Virus record (IMG/VR): IMGVR_UViG_3300018494_000083 | DNA from: a virus | Taxonomy: Duplodnaviria; Caudoviricetes | Strand: one strand, 5' to 3' | DNA length: 64,000 nt | Part shown: positions 9,988-20,644 of the stretch, one piece after another | Position numbering within the stretch: the stretch's first letter is position 1 | How the letters are laid out: each line of letters starts with the position of its first letter | Program-made: the position numbers and the translations under genes | The notes under the pieces: model-generated | The model's input: the letters and a program-made list of their open reading frames with translations, nothing else | What the model was told of the DNA's origin: nothing | Database searches by the model: none

Positions 9988-11163
9988 TTACTTGATACCC
10001 TTTCTCTCTAATGTTTTTGCACTGATGTATTTACGGATCTCATCCTCTGAGATCCGTGTATTTCTTTCAATCAATGCCCATAATCTTATTCGTTCGACGA
10101 TATCTAAGCCGTCTTGTAGATATGGCTTTTTCTCTCGTCGTTCGGTTCCAACTGTCTCCTGTTCATATGACTTCTCGGACAGTACTTTGAAACCTAAGGT
10201 TATATCGGTGTTTTTTGAGAAATACTTCTTTAACATCCCTATTTTTACAGTTGTATCTTCCTTATCAATACAAGTTACTTTAAGGGATAACTTGTCGACC
10301 TTATGGTCCTTGATATAGTTGTCTACATAGGAAGCTATTTCATCAACTGTATTTGTCTCTATGAAGTTATTAGAGAGCTTAAGAGTTGCGAAATTGAAAG
10401 TATATTCATTGACGACCTTATCAACTCGGTAACATCCTTCTTCTTGGATATATGAAACTATATTCCAACCTTTATCCTCTTCTTCCCCATGACAAGTTCT
10501 GAGGGCTGAGCCTACATAGAAAAACTTATCATTGAAGTTCATAGGTGTATGGATGTGACCAGCCAAGATAGGTCCTCGACAGACATTGTAAAACTGAGAC
10601 AGCTTGAAGATGGGTGCCGAAGAGTCCAAGTTCTCACTATTCTGTGTAGTGAACTGACAGGGCTCTATGGTACCATGCATGAATATCATATCAAAGTAAT
10701 CTCTTGGTTTATCAAAGATCTCTTTGTAGTATTCATCTGTATCTTCTTTTATGTAGTTCTCAGCAATGTATGCATATTTATGACCATCAATTTCTTCTAT
10801 CATGAAGTCATTGATAATCTTAAAATCGATACCAAAATCATATTCATAGTGAGCAATCGTATTGAGCTGATCGAGATCATGAGACTTCGTTCCTTTGATA
10901 ACTCGTACAAATGCTCCATGAGATTTGGCTATCTTGATTAGTGCAGCAATGAACCATTGGAATACATCAGCGTATTCGGAATTCATTGATATTTGATAGT
11001 GAAGCGTGTCACCACATAGTACAATACCATCTAAGTATGCAATATTTTTGAGCTTTTCAATAATGCCGTGTTTTAGCTGATATTTGTATTCTTTATGAGA
11101 GATTGATCTATTGCCGATATGAACGTCCGCAATAGCGGCAATGATTTTAAATCCTCTATTCAT
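9988..11163 (-). CDS. Mre11/SbcD-like metallophosphoesterase nuclease
   Basis: ADVHIG, CGD, GTKSHD, MHG, AGHIH, YVGS motifs. Confidence 0.85.
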   Translation of the reverse strand: MNRGFKIIAAIADVHIGNRSISHKEYKYQLKHGIIEKLKNIAYLDGIVLCGDTLHYQISMNSEYADVFQWFIAALIKIAKSHGAFVRVIKGTKSHDLDQLNTIAHYEYDFGIDFKIINDFMIEEIDGHKYAYIAENYIKEDTDEYYKEIFDKPRDYFDMIFMHGTIEPCQFTTQNSENLDSSAPIFKLSQFYNVCRGPILAGHIHTPMNFNDKFFYVGSALRTCHGEEEDKGWNIVSYIQEEGCYRVDKVVNEYTFNFATLKLSNNFIETNTVDEIASYVDNYIKDHKVDKLSLKVTCIDKEDTTVKIGMLKKYFSKNTDITLGFKVLSEKSYEQETVGTERREKKPYLQDGLDIVERIRLWALIERNTRISEDEIRKYISAKTLERKGIK

Positions 11164-11218
11164 TTAAGCACTCCTTTCATCGTTATTCAATACTATAATG
11201 TATATCTTTAAAAGGTTT

Positions 11219-11935
11219 TTATTCCCAGTCCTGATCTATTACGTTCATAAAACGGTACAATCCGGTAGCCGCCATGAAAGCGTTATAATAGAAGTCAATA
11301 TCTCCACCAGGAACTTCATCGATCGTTTTAAGGACACCTTTAGTACCTCTTTTCTTATCGAGTCTGAGAACTGCGACTTGTTCGATGTGTTCACCATACT
11401 GGTCTTCATACATCTTGGCATATGCAGCCAATTGCATATACATTGTAGGATGAAAGTCTGAGCTTGTTTTAAAGTCGATAATAGTAAGCTTTCCTTTATA
11501 TCGACAGAGCAGATCAAGAGTTCCACCGTAGAAGTCACAAACCATTTTGACTTCTGTATCAATGGGATCTATCTCATCACCATGATCTCTCCACCAGAGT
11601 AAGAACGAGTTAATTGCATTTCTCGTCTTCTCATTCATTTCATATGGAAGGCTATCTATCTCAACGTTGACATTATATCTTTCCGATCTTCTGTCAAAGA
11701 TGAAACTTTCGATATAATTATGTGCAAGCGATCCTATGACACTTGCATCGTTTAATTCTTTAGTGAGTGACTTCCTCTTCCAGCCAAGTGAGTTTGCCCA
11801 CTGCATGAGACTTTCTTTACCGATAACTTTCAGCACAGTCGTAACAGATGGCACTCTATTACCAGGATATGACTCATAATTTGTATGATCTGTAGAAAGA
11901 GGAATTTGATACTTTTTTCTACTGGAAATTCTCAT
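11219..11935 (-). CDS. PD-(D/E)XK exonuclease
   Basis: PSVTTVL, GSLAHNYIE, GGTLDLL, IIDFKTS, QLAAYA. Confidence 0.85.
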   Translation of the reverse strand: MRISSRKKYQIPLSTDHTNYESYPGNRVPSVTTVLKVIGKESLMQWANSLGWKRKSLTKELNDASVIGSLAHNYIESFIFDRRSERYNVNVEIDSLPYEMNEKTRNAINSFLLWWRDHGDEIDPIDTEVKMVCDFYGGTLDLLCRYKGKLTIIDFKTSSDFHPTMYMQLAAYAKMYEDQYGEHIEQVAVLRLDKKRGTKGVLKTIDEVPGGDIDFYYNAFMAATGLYRFMNVIDQDWE

Positions 11936-12043
11936 AATAATCTCCTTTCTCTTAATATTTTGTCCTCGGCGTTCTAAAAGATTAGAAAACTTCTTATATT
12001 TAGATCTTTCAAATTTATAGTGTATAACCTAGTAGAGTTTTGA

Positions 12044-14179
12044 ACTCCGGCAATGATTAATGTTGAGAATGAGAATAGATGGTGGTGGACGCATGAGAAA
12101 GGTTATGGCGGAGATTGGTCATATAGTCCACGAGATAAAGATCATGGTTGGATACTCCAACCCAAATCTATAAAGGAACAACAGCCGGAGCATCTAGAGT
12201 ATTCTCTTTAAATCTTGCTGGTTGGGCATATGATTGGTATGTAGATCCGAGAGATATCAATGGTAAGTCCAAGATTACATGTCTATGATGACAATACTAG
12301 AGGTACAATAATAATTTTGAGTGGGTATAGTCAAGATTGGGGATATCCACAATCCTTATCGTATATACTCCATATATCAATCTAGATGGACAGACAATAA
12401 ATGCTAAAATGAATTCATTAATAATATCCCAATGGGGCACTTTGATTATTTATTGGGCTTCTGGTGAGTTTATCCAAGATGGTGTCCTACTCCTAAATCA
12501 ATAATGTGGGGACAAACAGAAAATCATATTTACCATAATCATATAGTTACTCAATATGGCGATATGAATCATGATTTCTGGGTAATTCTTGAACGTGGTG
12601 TAAATTACTCCTAATGCACATCTTACTGCATTGACCCATCAAAATACTATCAATGTCATTCGAGATCCAGGTGAAATTAATTACTATACATATCCTTATA
12701 ATTCGAATCATACGTATGATTACTCCGTTTAATGATCCATATAAATTATCGACTATATTCTTTATAATTACCACAGATTCAATATCTTCATATGGTACAG
12801 GTAAACAGTATTCATATGATACAAATGGTCGATACTCCAATTAAGTCGTTCAAAAACACTGATGATTCGGCTCGCAGATATCATACAATAATGGATACTA
12901 ACGGTCAAGCTCTATTAGACGGTTGGTATGCTATATATGGATTTAGAGGTGTGCTACTCCAGTATTAATAGGATTTCCAGGAAATAGTGACCAATATGCA
13001 TCTCTTGGCTGGCGAATGGCTCAAATACCAGATTGGGGACATGGGCATTCATCATATGATACTGGTTATTCGTATGGATCTTGACTCCATTATTTAATAA
13101 TTCTAGTATTCAAACATGGCATTGCAATGCATTTAAAGCTATTTATAAAGGAAGTGATGGCACATATGACCAGAATTGGATAATTGGTGTCTATACTCCA
13201 CATTTTCTGTACCATATTCCAAACTTTACAATGTTCACAGATATAGATGGACAATCAAGACCAAATTATTCTATGTACGGTCAATTTCCTCAGAGTAATG
13301 GTTCAACTCCTAGTATATCTATAACAACTGAAAAGTCTCCTCGAAGTAGTTACATTAACTCTTCCGGAAGTATCGGACTTGCAGCATATGCACAATTTGG
13401 ATATGGTTCACTCCACATTTTTTATATATCTATGCTGAATATGCCATGCTTATTAGTCCATCTGGCACGAGCGATGTCAACTGGAATAGTACATTAGGTA
13501 GCCGTCCACACGAGATAGGTGATTTACTCCAGGTACTATGAAACCAACAGATAACCATCCACGCCATACATATATAATGAATAATGGTAGAGGTGGAGAT
13601 GGCGCATATGTTCAGTTCTCGTATGATCTACTCCAAGTCTTGACCAATTTGATATGAATAATAACTGGTATGCACCATGCATAATTAATACTGGACAAGG
13701 CTCATTTGGTCATACTGGTACATCTGGTAAAGATGGAGACTCCAGATGATAGATTTATCAATGCAAATAAATTTACGAATATAGATGTTATTACACCAGT
13801 TGGATATGTATCAAATGGTTATGGATTAGTATATCAAAAACATGGTATCAGATACTCCTAGTTATGAGTACGATGCATGGTATAAACACATATCTGCAAT
13901 AAATCAATCAGGTTCTGGAATTGCGGATAGTTTTGAATGGATCTGGGGTGTTTATATACTCCAGATGTATTAGATACAATATATACATATTATTTTCACC
14001 TAATATATAATGCAGGACTAAGTACAGGTGGAGGTTATTTATTTCCAGGCGGATTAGGAGGTGTATCTACTCCATGGTCGCAATATTATTCTCAAACTTC
14101 CGAATACCACATGGGTTTATTTAAGCTGATAACTGAAACGGAATACACATCACAGTTACTAGCATACTTATCGTATGGT
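12044..14179 (+). repeat. Variable-region cassette array 1 (19 units, ~100-125 bp each)
   Basis: Units begin ACTCC (one AGTCC) and mostly end at GGT/GGA; every unit is stop-free in the TP frame; unit 2 (12154-12264) matches the target VR at 110/111 nt. Confidence 0.9.
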
Positions 14180-14223
14180 CTCTCGACTTATTTTTCTGAC
14201 ATTATATTAATCAATATTGACAA

Positions 14224-15189
14224 GTGAGGTATATTATTATGAAAGTACTGAGTAATACTTCTGTATATAACTATGCCGAACTTCTTGGTGGAGCCAAACT
14301 CAGTGCTGCTATTAAATCGCTTATCGATGATAAACATGGAGCAGTATATGTAACCGAATCTCAGTTAGAAGATGTATTCTATAAGATTCGCCACAAGAGT
14401 TTCAACTTCAAAGCTAAGTTCGGTGTAATCGATTTATTCCGTAAAGGAGTAATTCGTCTTGTTTATAACGAGAAGGTTAAACTCACCGTTGCAGTTCCTT
14501 TCTTTGCATATAAGATGCAGAATGGTAAACTCGGTGTAGTTGTCAACATTTCCAACTATGCACATCTTGAGAAAGATGGCTCTATTAAGATCGATCCTCT
14601 GGTTCTTTATTCTCTCATGGTTGCAGGTGCTTATAGTCTCCAAGCAGAGACTCAGCAGGCTATTCTTGCTACCAATGGACTTCCTGAGTTCTATGCTGAT
14701 CTGTTCGTATCTGTGGTTGCTCGTATGAGTAATCTCGATATGATTCGTCGCGAAAAGATCAAGTTCATCATGACTAAGTTCATGTGCATGAATCTCGGAA
14801 TGGACGAACCCAGAGCATCCAGTGCAGCTAAGAAGGTCATCAAGAATCTCGATGACTATAGCGTTGAGCAGCTTGATCTTGCAATTCCGGTTGCAGCATA
14901 TGTAGATCTTGATAATCTCATCAACGCTCTTCGTGAAGCACTTCCTGAAATCTCGGGTATCACTTATGGTATGATCTTCGACCGTTGGATTAAATCCTAT
15001 GGTGAAGCTACTGGATTTGCACTCGAATATATTCCTTTCTTCATCCTGACATTTGTCGCTCTTATTACTAACTGTAATAGTCTTGCTAACGTTAAGACTA
15101 TTGAGCGTGAAGCAAATAAGGATGCAAGAAGACTTGTAACTCTGTACGACCGTATTGAGACCGCTGTACAGGTTTCCGCAAACATTTAA
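14224..15189 (+). CDS. Hypothetical protein (probably late/virion)
   Basis: Long ORF; probable start MKVL after GAGG; GACA-N6-TA motif at 14198-14209. Confidence 0.75.
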   Translation: MRYIIMKVLSNTSVYNYAELLGGAKLSAAIKSLIDDKHGAVYVTESQLEDVFYKIRHKSFNFKAKFGVIDLFRKGVIRLVYNEKVKLTVAVPFFAYKMQNGKLGVVVNISNYAHLEKDGSIKIDPLVLYSLMVAGAYSLQAETQQAILATNGLPEFYADLFVSVVARMSNLDMIRREKIKFIMTKFMCMNLGMDEPRASSAAKKVIKNLDDYSVEQLDLAIPVAAYVDLDNLINALREALPEISGITYGMIFDRWIKSYGEATGFALEYIPFFILTFVALITNCNSLANVKTIEREANKDARRLVTLYDRIETAVQVSANI

Positions 15190-15277
15190 CAAAAAAAAAT
15201 AAAATTCGGGAGAGGCTTCAACCTCTCCCGATATGTTTATATATTTTTAGCCAACAAGCAACATATAAATAATGATG

Positions 15278-15460
15278 TTAAAATATTGGAGTCAAATTTT
15301 TCATAGGATATCCTTTCCCGTGTGCAGTAATGATTGGTTGCAGCAACGGTTTCTTCTTATGAATAATAGGATTTTTCGCTACCGCTTCGTTATGGCAGTC
15401 ACAAACCACTTTCAGTAGTTGTGGATGCTTGCAACAAAGGCGAATAAAATTATCGCTCAT
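15278..15460 (-). CDS. 60-aa hypothetical protein, copy 1
   Basis: GAAAGGAG SD; paralog of 15689-15871. Confidence 0.75.
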   Translation of the reverse strand: MSDNFIRLCCKHPQLLKVVCDCHNEAVAKNPIIHKKKPLLQPIITAHGKGYPMKNLTPIF

Positions 15461-15688
15461 ATTGAGATCTCCTTTCGATATATTTCGAATTTGACATCAT
15501 AACCTAGGTTGACGGATAAGAGGGCTGACTCTTATCCGTCTTTTCCTTGATTATTATATCATATTCATAAATATGGTGTATAATTAAGTCTTATTTTAAA
15601 CTAAAAAAAATAAAATTCGGGAGAGGTTGAAGCCTCTCCCGATATGTTTATATATTTTTAGTCAACAAGCAACATATAAATAATGATG

Positions 15689-15871
15689 TTAGATTATTGG
15701 TGTTATATTCTTCATAGGATATCCATTTCCACTCGTTGTGATTTTCGGCATCAACAGTGGTTTATTCTTATGAATAACCGGATTTTTCAATACACCTTCA
15801 TTGTGGCAATCACAAACAACTTTCAACAGTTGCGGATACTCACGGCAAAGGCGAATGAGGTTATCACTCAT
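15689..15871 (-). CDS. 60-aa hypothetical protein, copy 2
   Basis: GAAAGGAG SD; conserved frame, length and Cys/His residues. Confidence 0.75.
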   Translation of the reverse strand: MSDNLIRLCREYPQLLKVVCDCHNEGVLKNPVIHKNKPLLMPKITTSGNGYPMKNITPII

Positions 15872-16074
15872 GCTAAGTATCTCCTTTCAATGAATTTGAA
15901 TTTGACATCATAACCTAGGTTGGCGGATAAGAGTTGCAGCTCTTATCCGTCTTTTTCCTTGATTATTATATCATATTCATAAATATGGTGTATAATTAAG
16001 TCTTATTTCAACTCAAAAAAAATAAAAATATGGAGATAGGCATTTCTGCCTATCTCCTTTATTTGTCGTTATTT

Positions 16075-16257
16075 TTAACTGCGAGGTCTGAAGCATTCGA
16101 CAAGAACACATACAGTTACAGAACCAATCAGATACCACCATGCAGGACTGCAAACCTCAATACCAGCTAATGGTGCAAGATTAAAGCATACCATGATAGC
16201 AAGTAATCTGATAATGCTATGAATGGTTGATTTATATTTCTTAATAAAATCCATCAT
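16075..16257 (-). CDS. Small membrane protein
   Basis: Two hydrophobic segments; start overlaps the dut stop. Confidence 0.55.
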   Translation of the reverse strand: MMDFIKKYKSTIHSIIRLLAIMVCFNLAPLAGIEVCSPAWWYLIGSVTVCVLVECFRPRS

Positions 16258-16991
16258 AACTCATTCTTTCCTTTGTGTTCTTTATCTTTGTTCTTCTTGA
16301 CTTTATCTTCAAAGTCTTTCATATCCTTCTCACGCTTCTGATGATGTTTCTTAAGGGCTTCATCCATAGAACCGAGATCTGACTCAGAAGGTACGCCGTG
16401 ATATACCTTGGGAGTAAATGCACCGGTTACAAAGACAGGTTTACCAGTTCCTTCATCGGGATATTTAGGATACTGCTGATCCTGCATCTGTTCAGTTCCA
16501 GTAGAACCAAATCCACCCTGACCACGATCGGTTGTTCCAAGCTCCTCAAGAGTTTGAACTTCAAGGAACTTAGCAGCTTTATACTCAAGGAAAATTCCCT
16601 GGCATACACGCTCACCAATCTTGATAGTTCTGGTTTCGGTGGGATGAAGATTCTTGAGACAGATCATAATCTCTCCACGGTAATCCGCATCGATAGTGCC
16701 AGGCGTGTTGGCAACGATAAGATCTTTCTTACAAGCCATTCCACTTCTCGGAACGATAGCAAGATAATATCCTTTGGGAATAGCCATATGAATTCCAGTG
16801 TGAACCATGACTCTTCCAAAAGGTTTGATCTCACACTCATCCTTCTTAACCTTTACCAGATTATTCATATCAGAAGGGATTTCGAATGAATATGAATAAA
16901 GATCAATACCAGCTGCATCTTCCGAACCATAAGTAGGAAGAATTACATCAGGATGATCTCTGAAAATTTGAACGTCGATAAATGACTTCAT
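16254..16991 (-). CDS. dut: Trimeric dUTPase with C-terminal extension
   Basis: AAGIDL, PRSG, GTIDADYRGEI, GERVCQ, RGQGGFGSTG motifs. Confidence 0.95.
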   Translation of the reverse strand: MKSFIDVQIFRDHPDVILPTYGSEDAAGIDLYSYSFEIPSDMNNLVKVKKDECEIKPFGRVMVHTGIHMAIPKGYYLAIVPRSGMACKKDLIVANTPGTIDADYRGEIMICLKNLHPTETRTIKIGERVCQGIFLEYKAAKFLEVQTLEELGTTDRGQGGFGSTGTEQMQDQQYPKYPDEGTGKPVFVTGAFTPKVYHGVPSESDLGSMDEALKKHHQKREKDMKDFEDKVKKNKDKEHKGKNEL

Positions 16992-17002
16992 TGTATCACC
17001 TC

Positions 17003-18064
17003 TCAGTTATAGTGAATAAGTACGTCGATTGCGCTATCAATCTCGTACGCGAACATGTAGTTTCGAATGTGGGTTCTCCACTGCTCTGTTATTTCTTCGT
17101 CGATCATCTTGGCTACTGCATCATCGGGAATACGTTTATTTCCATATTTCTCAGTTGCCTTACCAACAAGAGCATCAAATTGATAATAGAGAGTATCGGT
17201 GAAATGCTTAAGATAAGTCTGGATGTTGTTTGCAGGAGAAGAATGATTCTCCAGAGAGATACAATGGATGATATAAGCAATCATTTTGTAGATTCTCTTA
17301 ACACCAGCCTTAATAGGATAAGTAGGAATTAGAACCTTGTAGATATTTTTACCTACATCAGACCAAGGCTCACTCATCACATCAAATGTCTGACTGACTG
17401 CCATATACTGGGAAGTCGTGAGAGACATATAGGGATGTGTACAAGCAATGATATCACTTCTATCGAGCCCAAAAGGCGTTCCGGTATGAGTGAGAAGATT
17501 ACCATTCTCGTTCATCTCAGAAACGGTCTTATTATAAGACTCAAGGTCGTCAGTAAGCATATATTTAATGCTTGCAATCGGCATATTCTTCCAAGTCGAG
17601 TTGTTATGGAACAACATGATCTGATAACCATCGAAGATACGGCTATAGTAGGAAGCAATTGCCTTCTGCTGATCATCACTCTTATCTTCTTCGGAAGTAA
17701 GATTCTTGAATGCCTTATAGGTCTTCAGATAATTCTGATTCTCCTCATTTGTTAACGGGATAATACCGAGGTATCTATCTTTGTCAGCAAATGCATTATT
17801 CAGATCCTGTACATATGCAGCGAGAAGTTTAAGCACTCTGTCGTTGCATACTCGGATAAATTCGATAATTGTCTTACCGAACTCAGGATCTTCTTCTTCA
17901 CGAGCAGCTGTCTCAGGCTCAATGTTGATCATATTCAAAGTAGAAGATATGATACTTACAATCGAGTCATAAGCAGGCTGCATAAGCTTGTTGAAGAATG
18001 CAACGTCGATACCAATATCTCTATTGGTATCTTCGCCGCAAACTACGAGATTTATTTTTTTCAT
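17003..18064 (-). CDS. Hypothetical protein
   Basis: 353-aa ORF with AGGAG SD. Confidence 0.75.
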   Translation of the reverse strand: MKKINLVVCGEDTNRDIGIDVAFFNKLMQPAYDSIVSIISSTLNMINIEPETAAREEEDPEFGKTIIEFIRVCNDRVLKLLAAYVQDLNNAFADKDRYLGIIPLTNEENQNYLKTYKAFKNLTSEEDKSDDQQKAIASYYSRIFDGYQIMLFHNNSTWKNMPIASIKYMLTDDLESYNKTVSEMNENGNLLTHTGTPFGLDRSDIIACTHPYMSLTTSQYMAVSQTFDVMSEPWSDVGKNIYKVLIPTYPIKAGVKRIYKMIAYIIHCISLENHSSPANNIQTYLKHFTDTLYYQFDALVGKATEKYGNKRIPDDAVAKMIDEEITEQWRTHIRNYMFAYEIDSAIDVLIHYN

Positions 18065-18075
18065 ATCTCGGCTCC

Positions 18076-18510
18076 TTAGGGACGAATTCTGGTCATCTGA
18101 ACGAAGCCATCTTCAATCGTTGTGGTCTTAGGCTTACCATCTTTCTTACCAGACTTCTTACCCTTCTTTTTCTTTTTCTTGGAATCCTTCTTGGACTTAT
18201 CATCCTTTTCCTTCTTAGATTCCTTAGAGTCCTTCTTCTTTTTCTTCTTCTTACCCTTCTTATCCTTGTTATCGGAATCGGAAAGACCAAGATGCTTAGC
18301 AGCGAACTCTACGATCTCTGCAGGAGTAGCCTTTTCACCGTCGATCTTGAAACAGAGCTTTACTTCATTGTAATCCATGTCTGCAAGAATGTCTTTTCTG
18401 AAGAGCTCAGTCTTTGCGAGAAGATACAGATTCTTAAGCTGCTTATCATTCTCAATCTTCAGGGTGGTGGTTTTCTCCTTGTTAGCCGAGGAATAGATTT
18501 TTACTTTCAT
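18076..18510 (-). CDS. Highly Lys-rich (histone-like) hypothetical protein
   Basis: Poly-K C-terminal half; GAAAGGA SD. Confidence 0.7.
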   Translation of the reverse strand: MKVKIYSSANKEKTTTLKIENDKQLKNLYLLAKTELFRKDILADMDYNEVKLCFKIDGEKATPAEIVEFAAKHLGLSDSDNKDKKGKKKKKKKDSKESKKEKDDKSKKDSKKKKKKGKKSGKKDGKPKTTTIEDGFVQMTRIRP

Positions 18511-18551
18511 GGTGCGGGTTTCCTTTCATTTTATATTATAATTATTTAGTA

Positions 18552-19316
18552 TCATGCCCAGTCTTCTGTTGAGTGATTGATGTGTCTCTTCTCAAACAGT
18601 TGACGCATAATGTCGAGAGAATTGGAAATAGACCAATCTCTATGAGAATCAATCATATTGGGTTTCTTCTCATCTTCATCAAGAAGTCCAATTTGAATGA
18701 TCTTCTTACCCCAACCGTATCCTAAGATAGCGGGGGGTACATGAGTAACAAGGTCACCGAAGTTTCTCAACGGATAGAAATGACTGAATCTTTCCTTGAC
18801 TTTCTTAGGAAGAATTCCCCAAGTAAATCTAGGACATCCAAATCCATATCCGAGAACCATTACTCGGTCACCAAATAAGTACTGCATATCCTCTGTGCAG
18901 AATCCTGATAAGGCTGCTCCATGAGAATATCCACATACTACAATCTTCTCAGTATCCTTATGTAAGTTAAGAAGATTTCTTACAGTTCTTATAATGGCAT
19001 CGTTCATAGACTTATATACATTCAGGAATCCAGCATGACCTCTCCAAGGTTCGTCCTGATCCTTGTAGGCATGAGGCGGGAAATAGAAATTCGACCACCA
19101 GTCAACGAGAGAATCAGTCTGTTCAAAGTGAATGTAAATTGTCTTGTTTGCATAGGAGACATGATAATCACCATCGTTGTCGGTATGAGTATACATATCG
19201 TTATTATGGAGATAACAGTTCCTATTATAAAGCTCATAAAGATCGATGCCATATTTCTCTTTATGCTCTTTGAACAATGCGATGGTCTCTGCCATCTTCT
19301 TGTTAATTTTTCTCAT
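18552..19316 (-). CDS. Class 3 lipase-like alpha/beta hydrolase
   Basis: HAGF, GYSHGAA (GxSxG), FGCPR, DLVTHVPP. Confidence 0.85.
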   Translation of the reverse strand: MRKINKKMAETIALFKEHKEKYGIDLYELYNRNCYLHNNDMYTHTDNDGDYHVSYANKTIYIHFEQTDSLVDWWSNFYFPPHAYKDQDEPWRGHAGFLNVYKSMNDAIIRTVRNLLNLHKDTEKIVVCGYSHGAALSGFCTEDMQYLFGDRVMVLGYGFGCPRFTWGILPKKVKERFSHFYPLRNFGDLVTHVPPAILGYGWGKKIIQIGLLDEDEKKPNMIDSHRDWSISNSLDIMRQLFEKRHINHSTEDWA

Positions 19317-19317
19317 T

Positions 19318-20244
19318 TTATTCCTCCAATCCCGGAATAGCCGGAATATACTTATGAATGAATTCGATGAGATCCTTTTTCTTGGTTTTCGTTCCGTTTA
19401 GTTTCGTTATCTTATTAATGATCTTATAGTAGAATGCCTCGTTACTTGATTCGAGTTTCTCAATTACATCTGGGAAGAATCTCGGAATTATCAGATTACT
19501 CAGAGTCTGGTCCTTCTTGAAGTTCCACTTGTACTCATATCTGTGTTCTTCTTCCCATATTTCTTCAAACGGAGCATCTGGATTCTCTGGTGCTGAAGTT
19601 TCATAGACTCTCATATCGCAACGAATGTCTACTTTATCGATCTTATTAATAAACTTCTTTCTTACCTTAAAGTAGATATTTTCAGTATATCTCATAAGGC
19701 TGAATTTGGTCCCAGGTTCTTGCTCTTTTCTCATCTTATACTTCTTCTTATTGAATGTAATAAGAGGAGGGAAAGTTTCGCCTTCTTGAACCATGTAATC
19801 AATATCCTTGTAGAACTTAGATACTCCGTTATATTTATATCGGATATTTTCCTTGTCATAACGGATTCTTAAGTTCTCAAATACATATAGATAATTACAT
19901 TCATGAACCCAGAATGAATCATTTAATACATTCTCCGTTATCAAAATCTCCAGCATCTTAGCAAAGAGTTTATCGGTAGTATCGTAGCTATATGTATGGT
20001 GTATCCACGGGTTTAGGTCTCCATCCATTAATGGACCATCTAGAAAACTATATCTAAATTTGATATTTTTCATATCTTTAATTTTGTTATAAGTCTTCGG
20101 GTTCATCTTTACATATGCGGTACCATATAAACATGAATGGACTTCAAGTAAGATAAAACTTACTTTGTTTTCTTTCACGGATCGTCCATCTTCAAGTGGA
20201 TGATATTTTCCGCTACGGTAACAAACTATACCGTTCATATTCAC
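19318..20244 (-). CDS. Hypothetical protein
   Basis: 308-aa ORF with SD and an upstream promoter-like motif. Confidence 0.7.
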   Translation of the reverse strand: MNMNGIVCYRSGKYHPLEDGRSVKENKVSFILLEVHSCLYGTAYVKMNPKTYNKIKDMKNIKFRYSFLDGPLMDGDLNPWIHHTYSYDTTDKLFAKMLEILITENVLNDSFWVHECNYLYVFENLRIRYDKENIRYKYNGVSKFYKDIDYMVQEGETFPPLITFNKKKYKMRKEQEPGTKFSLMRYTENIYFKVRKKFINKIDKVDIRCDMRVYETSAPENPDAPFEEIWEEEHRYEYKWNFKKDQTLSNLIIPRFFPDVIEKLESSNEAFYYKIINKITKLNGTKTKKKDLIEFIHKYIPAIPGLEE

Positions 20245-20335
20245 ACTCCTTTCGTGAATATAATGTATATTTACATCTTATTTTGTTCATATGAAAAACA
20301 ATAGGCATGGGATTTTCACCCATGCCTAGTTTTTA

Positions 20336-20638
20336 TCATTCAATATCCATGTCAGTGAGATAGAACTTCTCCTGGCTATTCATAGGAACGCAGGCTTCAG
20401 TGAAGAGTCTACCTTTAGAGTCCATGATCTTATATTGCTGACGAGTGTCCTTATAAACAAGGTACTCTTTTCCGAATTTAACAATCGTTGAGTAGGAAGC
20501 TACCTGCTTTACAGTAGCCAGATATTCTTCCTGCTTGACTTTGTTCATTCTGAGATATTTATTATATTCAACGAAGTCGAGAGTAGGAGTAATTCTTCCC
20601 TCTTCAACTTCAGCAGTTTCCATAATCATCTCATCCAT
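20336..20638 (-). CDS. Hypothetical protein
   Basis: 100-aa ORF at the end of the RT operon, followed by a hairpin. Confidence 0.65.
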   Translation of the reverse strand: MDEMIMETAEVEEGRITPTLDFVEYNKYLRMNKVKQEEYLATVKQVASYSTIVKFGKEYLVYKDTRQQYKIMDSKGRLFTEACVPMNSQEKFYLTDMDIE

Positions 20639-20644
20639 TGTAGA

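Larger units (their letters stand above)
15191..16013 (-). repeat. Tandem duplication of a ~412-bp expression unit (promoter, hairpin, 60-aa ORF, terminator)
   Basis: 15191-15602 and 15603-16013 have near-identical non-coding parts and diverged ORFs. Confidence 0.9.

Noticed and set aside
12044-14179. CRISPR array interpretation of the three periodic regions
   Set aside because: The only constant element is ~5 nt (ACTCC); units are ~110 bp and protein-coding in a fixed frame; no cas operon in the window
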